A stretch of 61,665 bases of DNA, the filler included, from Deltaproteobacteria bacterium (GTDB lineage: Bacteria > JAUYMQ01), in the NCBI GenBank assembly GCA_030698575.1. It is 11 parts of 11 records of this genome, joined end to end, with 100 filler letters (N's around TTAATTAATTAA, not from the genome) between each part and the next. Parts side by side here need not be neighbours in the genome. Positions count along the whole stretch, not along the records: positions 48,684 to 53,859 come from JAUYMQ010000634.1; positions 53,960 to 56,773 come from JAUYMQ010000636.1; positions 56,874 to 61,665 come from JAUYMQ010000047.1; 8 more parts are not named here. One strand, written 5' to 3'. The notes beneath the pieces were generated by a model. That model did not search any database, was not told where the DNA came from, and worked only from the letters and a program-made list of their open reading frames with translations. Position numbers and translations under genes: made by a program. Below are positions 49,763 to 59,844 of this stretch, piece after piece (positions within the stretch are counted from its first letter, which is position 1; each line of letters opens with the position of its first letter).

Positions 49763-49801
49763 GGACTTGCGTTCTCTTCCGGAGTTTGGTACCAATGGGG
49801 C

Positions 49802-50677
49802 GTGGACATCGTGCTCCGGTACCGGGGACGCGCCATCAACGCCGCCGACGTGGACGCGATTCGGAGGCTCATCGCGGAGCATCCGAAGGCGAAGCGCCGG
49901 GCCCTGTCGATCCTGCTGTGCGAGGCGTGGTCGTGGCGTCAGGCCAACGGGGCGCTGCGCGACGCAGTGTGCCGGGGCCTCCTGCTGGCGCTGCACCGTG
50001 CCGGTCACATCACGTTGCCGCCCCCGCAGTGCCGAACGGTCCCGAGGTGGAGGCCACCGCAACGAGTCCACGTTCGGCCGGTCCCGCGCGAAGGAAACCT
50101 CGGCGATCTGGGGCCGATCGAGATACGGCAGGTGCGTCGCACCCCCGAGGAGGCGCTGGTCGATTCGCTCATCGACGAGCACCACTACCTCGGCTACGCG
50201 AGGCCTGTCGGCGAGCACCTCAAGTATCTCGTGACGGCGAGCGGCTCGCCGCTGGCCTGCTTCTGCTGGACATCGGCGCCAAGGCATCTCGGACCGAGGG
50301 ACCGGCACATCGGGTGGTCCGCGGAGGCGAGGAAGGCCAACGTCCGTTACGTGGCCTACCAGAGCCGGTTCTTGATCCTGCCGTGGATCCATGTGCCGCT
50401 CTTGGCGTCGCACTTGCTCGGGCGCATGGCGCGGCAGCTCTCCGGCGACTGGGAGCAGCAGTACGCGCACCGGATCTACTTCACCGAGACCTTCGTCGAT
50501 CCGGCACGCTTCCGCGGAACATGCTACAAGGCCGCCAACTGGACGTACCTCGGGATGACGACGGGCCGCGGCAAGGACGCGCCGACGAAGCGGCCCAACC
50601 GGCCGCCGAAGGACGTCTATGGCTACCCGCTGGTGAAGGACTTTCGCCAGAGGCTGGGGCAGATGCCACCGCCATGA
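49802..50677 (+). CDS. DUF4338 / Druantia DruA-like protein (IS cargo)
   Basis: HHYLG, RD..IGW, RFLILPW..P.LASH.L, ETFVD..RF.GTCY.AANW..G.T.GRGK. Confidence 0.85.
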   Translation: MDIVLRYRGRAINAADVDAIRRLIAEHPKAKRRALSILLCEAWSWRQANGALRDAVCRGLLLALHRAGHITLPPPQCRTVPRWRPPQRVHVRPVPREGNLGDLGPIEIRQVRRTPEEALVDSLIDEHHYLGYARPVGEHLKYLVTASGSPLACFCWTSAPRHLGPRDRHIGWSAEARKANVRYVAYQSRFLILPWIHVPLLASHLLGRMARQLSGDWEQQYAHRIYFTETFVDPARFRGTCYKAANWTYLGMTTGRGKDAPTKRPNRPPKDVYGYPLVKDFRQRLGQMPPP

Positions 50678-52479
50678 GCAAGACGCCGGAGGTGGTCGAG
50701 GTGGACATGGCTCAGCTCGAGGGGCTCGTGGATCGCACGAAGGGGATCGTCGTCCCCGAGGACCACGAGCTGATCGAGGGCCTGGTGGGAACGGTCGTGG
50801 CGCTGACGAAGCTCGTGCGGGAGGGGCGAGCGACGCTCGCCCGCATCCGCCACCTGCTCGGTCTCCGGAGCAGCGAGAAGACGGACGATGTCCTGCCCCG
50901 AGGCGGGAAAGGCACGGCAGGGGACTCGGATGCGGGTACCAAGCCAGAGGCGCCCGAGGGGGCGGCGGTGACGGGCATCGATGAGAACGGGGCGACCTCC
51001 CCGACGCCCGATGCCGACAAGCCCCAAGCCCCGGGGCACGGCTGTCTGCCCCTCTCGGCGTACCTCGATCTCTGCCCGATCCGGGTGACGCACGACAAGC
51101 TCCACCCCGGAGACCGATGCCCGCTGTGCGGTCGGGGCAACCTCTTCGAGCTGCGGGAGCCGGCGAAGATCTTGCGAATCCAGGGTCAGCCCCCCCTGGT
51201 GGGGGAGTGCTGGCTCTCTCAGCGACTTCGCTGCAACAGTTGCGGCGCGGTCTTCACGGCGGCCGCGCCCCCCGAGGCGCAGGGTCGGAAGTACAGCGCC
51301 TCGGCCGTGGCCATCATCGCGCTGCTGCGCTACGGCGGGGGGATGCCCCTCTACCGCCTCGAGGGGCTGCAGGGACATATGGGCACCCCGGTCCCGGACG
51401 CCACGATGTGGGATGTCCTGGTCGTGCGAGCGGACGAGATCAAGCCCGTCCTTCAGGAACTGCGCCGCCTGGGGGCCCAGGGGGTCCTCATGCACAACGA
51501 CGACACTTACATGCGCATCCTCGAGTTCATGGGGAAGCGCCGTGCCCGGCTGATCGAGAGCGGAGCGCTTCCCTCTCCCGAACGCACCGGGCTGTTCACG
51601 ACGGGCATCGTGGCGATCTTCGAGAGTCACCCGATCGCGCTCTACATCACCGGCCGTCAGCACGCGGGCGAGAACCTCGCGGATCTCCTGACGGAGCGGG
51701 AGCCCGGGCGCCGACCGCCGATCCAAATGTGCGATGGGCTCGACCGCAACCACCCGAAGGGGCACGAAGTGGTCCCCGCCAACTGCCTGGTCCACGGCCG
51801 CCGGCACGTCGTAGACCAGGTCGAGAGCTTCCCCGAGGAGTGCCGCTACCTGCTCGAGAGGATGAGGGACGTCTTCCGTGTCGACGACCTCTGCCGGAAG
51901 GCGGGCCTCTCGGACGACGAGCGCCTCCATCGCCATCAGCGGGAGAGCGGGCCCATCATGGAGGAGATCCAGCGATGGATGGAGGCCCAGATGGAGGAGA
52001 AGCGCGTCGAGCCCAACTCGGGGCTGGGCGCCGCGATCAGGTACCTGCTCAAGCGCTGGGACAAGCTCACCCTCTTCCTGCGCGTTCCCGGAGCCCCCCT
52101 GGAAAACAACCTCGTGGAGAGGGCGCTCAAGCGAGCGATCCGCCACCGAAAGAACAGTCTCTTCTACTTCAACGCGCGTGGTGCAGAGGTGGGCGACCTG
52201 TACATGACGCTCATCCACACGACGGAGCTCAATGGCGGCAACGCCTTCCACTACCTGACCGAGCTGATGCGGCACGCGAAGGCCGCGTCCGAGAGGCCCG
52301 GCGACTGGCTGCCCTGGACCTATCTCGAGACTCTGGCCCGCTTGCAGGCCGCAAATGCAGCCCCCGCGCAGAGCACGTCGCCTACGCCTCCACCCCCACA
52401 CCCCCGGCCCGTGAAGCCTCGTAGGCGACCCCTCGCAGGTAAGCCGGCCGCCGAGCCACATCAGCCGCACGCTCCGTAG
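50674..52479 (+). CDS. tnpC: IS66 DDE transposase TnpC
   Basis: SSEK, CPLC..C.SC zinc finger, DDT, CDG, C.VHGRR, ENN..ERALK...RKNSLF; ATGA overlap with DUF4338. Confidence 0.92.
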   Translation: MSKTPEVVEVDMAQLEGLVDRTKGIVVPEDHELIEGLVGTVVALTKLVREGRATLARIRHLLGLRSSEKTDDVLPRGGKGTAGDSDAGTKPEAPEGAAVTGIDENGATSPTPDADKPQAPGHGCLPLSAYLDLCPIRVTHDKLHPGDRCPLCGRGNLFELREPAKILRIQGQPPLVGECWLSQRLRCNSCGAVFTAAAPPEAQGRKYSASAVAIIALLRYGGGMPLYRLEGLQGHMGTPVPDATMWDVLVVRADEIKPVLQELRRLGAQGVLMHNDDTYMRILEFMGKRRARLIESGALPSPERTGLFTTGIVAIFESHPIALYITGRQHAGENLADLLTEREPGRRPPIQMCDGLDRNHPKGHEVVPANCLVHGRRHVVDQVESFPEECRYLLERMRDVFRVDDLCRKAGLSDDERLHRHQRESGPIMEEIQRWMEAQMEEKRVEPNSGLGAAIRYLLKRWDKLTLFLRVPGAPLENNLVERALKRAIRHRKNSLFYFNARGAEVGDLYMTLIHTTELNGGNAFHYLTELMRHAKAASERPGDWLPWTYLETLARLQAANAAPAQSTSPTPPPPHPRPVKPRRRPLAGKPAAEPHQPHAP

Positions 52480-52913
52480 ACGGTCTCGGCGCGGGGCCCG
52501 TGGCTCCCGCTCATCGCCACGCTCGGCTGTCGCTACGTCTTCTCGTTCTTGACCCGCCGGCCGTCCTTCACGAACGCCAGCCCGGCCATGTCCTCCCCCG
52601 CTCGGGACCCAGCTCCGATTCGCGCCCCCCACGCCCACCTCCGGGCTACGACCTCCCGGGCCACCAGGACATCCACATCGCCACGCCGGTCGGCTGCGGA
52701 CGGTCGCGCTGCCAGTCCCACTGCGCGTTGGCCGACCGTCAGTCAAGCACGCTCCCCGGAAGGACACGTTGGTTCAGACGCACTCGCGCTGAACGCCTCC
52801 AGGGGGTCGGACCGACCAACCAACCCAGGACTCTTCATGCCGAGCTGCTGCCAGGACCCGCCACTGGCCGTGAACCACACGCCCCCCCCCGGGGGGGAGA
52901 GAGGAGAGTGCGC

Positions 52914-53669
52914 ATGCAAGCCAAGGATCAGACCAAATTGATGATTCGCTGGTGGACGTGGGCCGGCATCGACTGCGCGGACCTCGCGGTAAGGCGTCCG
53001 GATGGATCGATGCTCTGGCACACGAACCTCCCGATCAAGGAGCTTCCCCTGGGTTGGGCCGGGGCGGAGAACGCTCGCGGCGCGGATGTCTACGTGCGGC
53101 CAGCTCGTGGCTACGTCTGGCCGATCATGTTCCTCGACGATGTCCCGATCGAGGTGATGCACCGCGTCATTCGGAAGTACGCGGCGCTCGCGGTCCGCAC
53201 GTCGCCGCAGGGTGGATGCCACATCTGGATGCTCTGCCGCCGCCGCCTGGACGAGCAGGAGCGGGCCGAGGCGCAGAGGCGGATTGCTCCGCTCGCGGGA
53301 GCCGATCCTGGGTCGGTCTCCGGCGAACACCTCGGACGGCTCGCCGGGTTCAAGAACTGGAAGCGCGACGGCGTCTGGGTGAACGTTGCCCGGAGCTCGT
53401 CAGGACAAGCCTGGGATCCCGACGCCATCGTTCCCGTTCGCACGCCCATACGTCCGATGATCCCGCTCCCACAGCCCAGTAGGGGCTTGGATCGGAGCGA
53501 GTCCGGCCGTGACTGGGGCTGGGTCTGCGGACGCCTGGAGGCTGGCTGGGAACCACGCGAGATCTACTGGGATCTGGTCGCTCGCTCACGGCCGCGTCGG
53601 GGCGCCGACGCTGAGCGCTACGCCGGCCACACGCTCTCCAACGCCCTCCAGAACCGGGCTAACGGCTGA
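52914..53669 (+). CDS. RepB'-type DNA primase domain protein (AEP superfamily)
   Basis: VYVRP, FLDD, TSP.GGCH.W, H.GRLAGFKN.K, C-terminal DRSES.RDW helix bundle; GAGGAG RBS. Confidence 0.78.
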   Translation: MQAKDQTKLMIRWWTWAGIDCADLAVRRPDGSMLWHTNLPIKELPLGWAGAENARGADVYVRPARGYVWPIMFLDDVPIEVMHRVIRKYAALAVRTSPQGGCHIWMLCRRRLDEQERAEAQRRIAPLAGADPGSVSGEHLGRLAGFKNWKRDGVWVNVARSSSGQAWDPDAIVPVRTPIRPMIPLPQPSRGLDRSESGRDWGWVCGRLEAGWEPREIYWDLVARSRPRRGADAERYAGHTLSNALQNRANG

Positions 53670-53959
53670 AAAAGGAGCCCCACGTGAGACCCACGAGAGA
53701 TCCCCCTTGACAACAGTGGCCCTCATAGGAGCACTAGCCGGTCTGGGAGGTATGTTGCTCCACGTAGGTCCGGATGGTCTCGGCCTCGGCCGCCCCGAGC
53801 GGCTCGAATTGCACCCCGATCCAGTACTGACCGTCACTCTCCTCGGAGGGGGCGCACCANNNNNNNNNNNNNNNNNNNNNNNNNNNNNNNNNNNNNNNNN
53901 NNNTTAATTAATTAANNNNNNNNNNNNNNNNNNNNNNNNNNNNNNNNNNNNNNNNNNNN

Positions 53960-54058
53960 AAATCAGGCGAAGTCACCGCGCCGCCGGCCCCTAAGGGTGT
54001 CAACAAATACACCGTCCGTGTGACGGGGGACGTCATAGAAATCGAGGTCGAGGCGTAG
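53960..54058 (+). CDS. Rieske-type ferredoxin, C-terminal fragment
   Basis: SGEVTAPPA..V..Y.VRV.G..IEI*. Confidence 0.65.
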   Translation, partial: KSGEVTAPPAPKGVNKYTVRVTGDVIEIEVEA

Positions 54059-54353
54059 TCAAGCGAAGAAACGAATAGAGGGAGCACATTGAGCAATTTC
54101 TAGACGGCCAGACCGTCCGGAAGGCAAGGCGAGGCCAGAACCGCGTTGCCGAAGCTAGCACACGAGGGAAGCTGAGCCCGCCGGCGTCGCTCAGCTTACC
54201 GCCCGGGCGCTAGGTTAGTAAGAAACCATACAAGTTGGAGAGATTCATATTTGACGTCGTACAACTGTATTACGACTTCTTCGCCCGGAAAGGTCACTAC
54301 CCTACGTTCCTCGGCTTATATTTTCCCTCGTGATCTCTATTTAAGGGGTTTTC

Positions 54354-55886
54354 GTGTCCAACGCCGACACGCGACTGGCACGCGAATTTCACGAGTACAC
54401 GAAGCACTCCTACCTGAGCGTCCGACAGAACCCTCACTGGCTCGACTTTGACAATCAACCGCATCCCTACAAGATCTATCCCGATGCGCCCGAACTAGAC
54501 CTGCCTCGCGACTTCGACCAGCCGGCGGCGGACACTTTCGAGGCCATTTCCGGGACGGCTCCTCCCGGGGGCCAGCTGGACCTTCCGAAGCTCGCGAGAA
54601 CCCTTTATTTCACTTACGGCATCACCCGAACGAAGGTTTACGGGCATCGGCGCTTTGATTTCCGGGCCTGCGCCGGCGCGGGGGCGCTGTATCCGACGGA
54701 ACTGTATGTGGTGGCGCGCCACGTGGAGGGGATGGCGCCGGGCCTATACCATTTCAACCCGGGGGACTTCAAGCTTCGGAGGCTTCGAGAGGGGGACCTC
54801 GGGGAACCGCTCGTCACCGCCACCGGCGGCGACCCCGCCGTGGCGGTGGCAGCGGCCGTGATCGTCGAGACGGCTATCTTCTGGCGAAGCACGTGGAAAT
54901 ATCGGGATCGGGCCTACCGTTACGTGTACTGGGATGCGGGGATGGTGACGGCGAATCTCCTTGCCGTGGCCACCTCTGAGGGTTTAGGCGCACGCGTGAT
55001 CACGGCGTTCCTGGATCAGGCCGTGGATAGATTGCTCGGCATCGATGGCCAACGCGAGGGGACCCTTTGCCTCGTCGTGCTCGGGGGCGATGCGCCCCCT
55101 ACCACCTCCATGGCGGATTTGACGGCCCTGCCACATCGTGCGACCCCACTCTCCGCTGAAGAAGTGGACTACCCCGCGCTACACCGCGTCCACCGGGCGT
55201 GTTTTCTTGGAGGAGAGCAAGAGGTACAAAGTCTTCGAGGTGCCGCGGCGGCCGTGGGGAACCCTCCGGCTAAAGGACGTGTTTTAACCCTGCGGATCCC
55301 TTCTCCCCTGCACGGTCCAGCTCTCGGTGCCACGATAATAAGACGCGGCTCCACACGAATATTTGGACGGGTAGGAATTGGATTAAGTGGGTTCTCGGTG
55401 ATTCTCGATCGCGCTTCCCGCGGTATACCAATGGATGTCTTCGCGCGCGACGGCGACAGCACGCTGGATCTCTACGTGATCGTCAATGATGTTGAGGAGC
55501 TACCTGCTGGAGCGTATTACTACCGCCGCGGCGAGGGCACGCTCGAGCTCCTCAAAGAAGGGGAGTTCCGCGCGGATGCCGGCCATCTCGGATTGGGGCA
55601 GGCCCTGCCCGGAGATGCGGCGGCCTGCGTCTTCTTTCTCGCCGATCTGAAGCGAGTCCTGTCGGCCCTGGGGAACCGAGGTTATCGAATTGCACAACTT
55701 GAGGCGGGCATAATGGGTGGCAAGATGTACCTCGCCGCCTTCGCGCAGGAGATCGGCGCCACGGGTCTGACGTTTTACGATGACGACGTCATCACCTTCT
55801 TCTCCCCCCACGCATCGGGCAAGGAACCGATCTTCCTCATGGCCTTTGGGATTCCAAAGAGCAGGGTTATGAGTATAAATAGGTGA
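54354..55886 (+). CDS. SagB/ThcOx-family dehydrogenase (tandem nitroreductase domains)
   Basis: HEYTKH, AGALYPTELY, WKYRDRAYRY, second domain RRGSTR..GATGLTFYDD. Confidence 0.88.
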   Translation: MSNADTRLAREFHEYTKHSYLSVRQNPHWLDFDNQPHPYKIYPDAPELDLPRDFDQPAADTFEAISGTAPPGGQLDLPKLARTLYFTYGITRTKVYGHRRFDFRACAGAGALYPTELYVVARHVEGMAPGLYHFNPGDFKLRRLREGDLGEPLVTATGGDPAVAVAAAVIVETAIFWRSTWKYRDRAYRYVYWDAGMVTANLLAVATSEGLGARVITAFLDQAVDRLLGIDGQREGTLCLVVLGGDAPPTTSMADLTALPHRATPLSAEEVDYPALHRVHRACFLGGEQEVQSLRGAAAAVGNPPAKGRVLTLRIPSPLHGPALGATIIRRGSTRIFGRVGIGLSGFSVILDRASRGIPMDVFARDGDSTLDLYVIVNDVEELPAGAYYYRRGEGTLELLKEGEFRADAGHLGLGQALPGDAAACVFFLADLKRVLSALGNRGYRIAQLEAGIMGGKMYLAAFAQEIGATGLTFYDDDVITFFSPHASGKEPIFLMAFGIPKSRVMSINR

Positions 55887-56000
55887 GTGCTAACGGTAGT
55901 TTCCAGTTGTGATAATCTCAACCCGCCGATGGGCAGATGAATTTTATGAGATTCACACCGGGCGCGCAGGCGCGCGGACCCGCGCGCGCGAGGATCATGC

Positions 56001-56773
56001 GTGAGCAGCCCACACCAGGTCGTGATCCTCGGCGGCGGCTTCGGCGGCCTGTACGCCGCCCTGTCGCTCCGCCGCGCCCCGGTCGAGGTCACCCTTATCG
56101 ATCGTCGCAACTATCACCTCTTCCAGCCGCTCCTCTACCAGGTCGCGACCGGCGGCCTCTCGCCCGCCGACATCGCATCCCCGCTCCGCTGGATCCTGCG
56201 CAAGCAGCGGCACATGCGCGTGCTTCTCGCGGAGGCAATTGACATCGAGCCGCACCGCCGGTGCGTGATCCTCCACGATGGAGAGGTCCCCTACGACACG
56301 CTGCTGGTCGCCACCGGCGCGGGCCACCACTACTTCGGCCACGAGGGCTGGGAGGTGCTCGCCCCCGGTCTCAAGACCATCGAGGACGCCACGGAGATCC
56401 GCGGGCGGGTTCTCCTCGCGTTTGAGCTAGCTGAGCGCGAACCAGGCCCGGAGCGGCGCCGGGCGCTCCTCACGTTCGTGATTGTCGGCGCGGGACCCAC
56501 GGGGGTGGAGCTGGCGGGAGCCCTCGCCGAGATCTCGAGGGACACTCTGCGGCAGGAATTCCGCGCGATCCGCGCCGCGCACGCGAGGATCCTCCTCCTC
56601 GAGGGGGAGGGCCGCGTGCTCCCCGGATATCCCTCCGATCTCTCGACGAAGGCCGAGCGATCGCTGCGCCGGCTGGGCGTGGAGGTACGTACGTCCTCGG
56701 TGGTGACGGCCATCGACGAGGGAACGGTCACGCTCCGCCGCGGCGAGGAGACCGAGCGAATCGCCGCGCGGAC
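56001..56773 (+). CDS. ndh: Type II NADH dehydrogenase (3' truncated)
   Basis: GGGFGGL, HLFQPLLYQVAT, LKTIEDA, VGAGPTGVELAG. Confidence 0.92.
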
Positions 56774-56873
56774 NNNNNNNNNNNNNNNNNNNNNNNNNNN
56801 NNNNNNNNNNNNNNNNNTTAATTAATTAANNNNNNNNNNNNNNNNNNNNNNNNNNNNNNNNNNNNNNNNNNNN

Positions 56874-57907
56874 CCGATCCCCGCGTCGTGGTGAAGGCCG
56901 GTGAACTGGCAGCGGCCTGGGGCGTCACCGATGCGTCGAAGGCGCTCTCCGGACTCCTCTTCACCTCGGCGGACCCGGCCATCCGCTTCTCGGCCGCGGT
57001 GTCCCTGCGCACGCTCGCGTCCCCCGACTCCGTCGGCGCGCTTCTGGAAGCCTCGAATGATCAGGCGGCGATGGTGCGAGCGGAGGCGTGCGCCGCACTT
57101 GCGGCAGTCGCGATGAAGACGTCGGAGAAGTCGGAAAAGTCGGAAAAGTCGGAAATCCGGGGAGCCCTACGGGCGCGGCTGGCCGACTCCGCTCCCGTCG
57201 TCCGGGCTGCCGCCACGAATGCCCTCGGTCAGGTCGGGACCATGGAGGACGTGCGAGTGGTCGTGGCGCGGTTCGAGGATCCCGATGTCGGCGTGGTGGC
57301 CGCGGCGGCGCGCGCCACGGGGGAGATCGGCGGCAACGAGGCGATCCCCGCGCTCCTGCAGCTGCTCGACTCGCCCGATGCGCCGGTGGAGAGCGCCGCC
57401 GTGCGGGCGCTTGGCGTCCTGGGCGCCAAGCCGGCTGTGGCCCCGATCATTCTCCTCCTCGCCTCGCCCGATCAGAGCCTGCGCATGACAGGGCTGGAGG
57501 CGCTGCGCCGCATCGGCGACCCCCGTGCGCTGGAAGCGGTTCTGGACCTGGCCGGCGATCCCGATCCGGCCGTCTCACGCCGCGTTGCCTGGGCGACGGC
57601 GGCGTTTTACGACGCCGGCTCGCTGCCGAAGGTTCTGTCGCTCCTTGGCGACCCCGACGCGCGGGTGCGGGCGACGGGAGTCCTGACGCTCGGATTCTTG
57701 AGCGAGCAGCGCGCGGCCGCGCAGGTGATGGCCTTGCTTGCCGATCCGGACCCCATCGTGCGGCGGGCAGCGGCTGAGGCCGTCGGCCTTCTCAGCGTCC
57801 CGGAAGCCTCAGTGCCCCTCTCGCGTCTTTACACAGAGGATCCAGATCCGGCGGTCCGCGAGATCGCCCACGCATCGATGGAGCGCCTGGGCCCTGCCGG
57901 GCGCTGA
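56874..57907 (+). CDS. HEAT/PBS-lyase repeat protein (5' truncated)
   Basis: Repeated L.D.D..VR.AAA.ALG units. Confidence 0.88.
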
Positions 57908-57940
57908 TACGGCTCGATCGGCATTAGCTCCCGAGGCAGG

Positions 57941-58684
57941 TCAGCGCGCGGGCGCAGGCGCGGATCGGGGCGCTTCGTTGCGGATGAGGCCCAGGCGAAG
58001 CTTCCAGACGGTCCAGACGGCCTCCCAGATGATCGACTTCGAGAATTTCGTCTCTCCCTTGTCCCGCCCGTAGAAGATGATCGGAATCTCGCACACGCGG
58101 AACCCGCGTTGCACCGCCCACCAGGTCATCTCGATCTGGAAAGCGTAGCCGATGCTGTTCACCCGCGCGAGATCGATCGACTCGATAATCGCCCTGCGGT
58201 AGCACTTGAAGCCGCCGGTGAGGTCGGAATAGGGGAGGCCGGTGACCGCCCGCGCGTACCAGTTGCCGAAGATCGAGATCAAGAGCCTCCTCATGTCCCA
58301 GTCAACGACCCGGATCCCGCCGAGATATCGGGATCCCAGGACGAGATCGGAATCCTGCGCCGCGGCGAGCAGCTCGGGAATCTGATCGGGATTGTGCGAG
58401 TGGTCGGCGTCCATTTCGAAGATGAACTCGTAGCCGTGCTCGATCGCCCACTTGAAACCCGCCAGGTAGGCGCGACCAAGACCCTCCTTCCTCACCCGGT
58501 GAAGCACGTGCACCTCGCGGTGCTGGCGGACGATCTCGTCGGCGACCTCACCCGTGCCATCGGGAGAGTTGTCGTCCACGACGAGAATGTCGACGGGAGT
58601 GTTCAGCTTGAGGATCCTGTCCACGAGGCGGGGGAGGTTGTTGCGCTCGTTGTAGGTCGGAACGATGACGAGGGCGTCGCTCAT
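57941..58684 (-). CDS. Polyprenol monophosphomannose synthase (Ppm1/DPM1-like GT2)
   Basis: VPTYNE, VDDNSPDGT, GLGRAY, EMDAD.SH, DLTGGFK, GYAFQIE. Confidence 0.92.
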   Translation of the reverse strand: MSDALVIVPTYNERNNLPRLVDRILKLNTPVDILVVDDNSPDGTGEVADEIVRQHREVHVLHRVRKEGLGRAYLAGFKWAIEHGYEFIFEMDADHSHNPDQIPELLAAAQDSDLVLGSRYLGGIRVVDWDMRRLLISIFGNWYARAVTGLPYSDLTGGFKCYRRAIIESIDLARVNSIGYAFQIEMTWWAVQRGFRVCEIPIIFYGRDKGETKFSKSIIWEAVWTVWKLRLGLIRNEAPRSAPAPAR

Positions 58685-59844
58685 GGCTTCACGGGCTCCC
58701 TGCCACGTCCCGCGGCGGCCTCTTCCACGATGGCAAGCATCTTTCCTGCCTCCATGTCCCAGTCGAACCGCTGTGCCCACTCTACGCCGGCCGCCCCCAT
58801 CCGCTCGCGAAGCGGGGCGTCGGTCAGTACTTCCACCATTCGATCCGCCCAGCATCCGGCGTCGTCGTGCGGGATCAGGAAGCCGGTCACGCCGTGGCGG
58901 ACGGCGTCGCGCAGGCCCTCGGCATCGCTCGCCAGCACGGGCGTGGCGCAGGAGGCCGCCTCGAGGGCCGAGATTCCCCATCCTTCGCGAGGGCTCGAGT
59001 AGACCAGCGCATGCGCCCGGCGGAGCCAGTCGATCTTCGTGTCCTCGTCGACGTACCCCTCGAAGCTTACCCGATCCGCGGCGCCGAGCGACGCGGCGAG
59101 GGCGCGCAGCCTCCCCTCGTCGTCGCCCCGGCCGAGCAGGACCAGCCGCGCTCGCGGCACGCGGCCCTGGATTGCGGCAAAGCCACGCAGGACCGTGTCG
59201 ATCCCCTTGTAGCGCTTGAGGCGGCCAACGAGCAAGAGCAGCGGCTCACTGGATCGCGGAACCGTCACGCTCGGATGGTAGCGCTTGAGATCGAGGCCGG
59301 GGTGGACGATCGCGATCCGGGTCCGCTCGAGCCCGCGACGGGCTAGATCATCCGCCGTGCTCGGGCTCAACGCCACGACGGGGCCGCCGCGATAGACCGG
59401 GGGGATGAGCTTTTCGTAGAGCCAGACGTAGCTGCCGAGGATCGGGTTCGTTTCCTGAAAGATGGTATGGCCGAAGAGGTGAAGCACCACGGGCAGCACC
59501 GGGGCGCGCGTGAGCAGAGGCATGAGGAAGGGAAGTTTGCAGAGGTTCTCGACAAACAGATCGACGGGTTCCCGGCGCGCCAGGCGCAGCGCGGCGCGCG
59601 CGACCATGAAGTTCGCCGTTGCCTGGTTGCCCGTGCGCAGAACGCGGATCTCTCCGATCCGGTCCTCCGCGGGGGCCTCGCCGTAGCGCGCGCAGAGAAG
59701 CGTCACGCGGTGGCCGGCGGCCGCGATGCGCTGGAAGATCTCGTTGAGATAGATCTCTGCGCCGCCCGCCTCGGGATGGTTGATATCCCGGTAGTCGAGC
59801 AGGGCGATGTGAAGGGGAGGGGGCAAGCGTCCGGACCTCGTCAT
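58681..59844 (-). CDS. GT4 glycosyltransferase; start uncertain
   Basis: HPEAGGAE, GRL..YKG, EGWGISALEA (EX7E). Confidence 0.9.
   Translation of the reverse strand: MTRSGRLPPPLHIALLDYRDINHPEAGGAEIYLNEIFQRIAAAGHRVTLLCARYGEAPAEDRIGEIRVLRTGNQATANFMVARAALRLARREPVDLFVENLCKLPFLMPLLTRAPVLPVVLHLFGHTIFQETNPILGSYVWLYEKLIPPVYRGGPVVALSPSTADDLARRGLERTRIAIVHPGLDLKRYHPSVTVPRSSEPLLLLVGRLKRYKGIDTVLRGFAAIQGRVPRARLVLLGRGDDEGRLRALAASLGAADRVSFEGYVDEDTKIDWLRRAHALVYSSPREGWGISALEAASCATPVLASDAEGLRDAVRHGVTGFLIPHDDAGCWADRMVEVLTDAPLRERMGAAGVEWAQRFDWDMEAGKMLAIVEEAAAGRGREPVKP

Larger units (their letters stand above)
48941..52767 (+). mobile_element. IS66-family element (3827 bp): tnpA-tnpB-DUF4338-tnpC
   Basis: TIRs GTGTCCTTCCGGCGAGCGTGCGTGACTGA (48941-48969) and its inverse at 52739-52767, 27/29 identical. 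Confidence 0.9.

Noticed and set aside
49767-49795. Internal promoter TTGCGT-N17-TACCAA for the DUF4338 gene
   Set aside because: Spacing fits a leaderless start, but the -10 box lacks its conserved final T; too weak to call.
49802-50677. Complete Druantia defence system
   Set aside because: No DruE helicase or other dru genes are present; only the DUF4338 domain.
49306-52479. 1057-aa ORF as a giant fused transposase
   Set aside because: The first 456 codons are an off-frame shadow of tnpA, tnpB and DUF4338; TnpC starts at 50674.
57121-57155. 9-bp tandem repeat encoding SEK units
   Set aside because: In-frame slippage in a HEAT-repeat loop; it cannot shift the frame.
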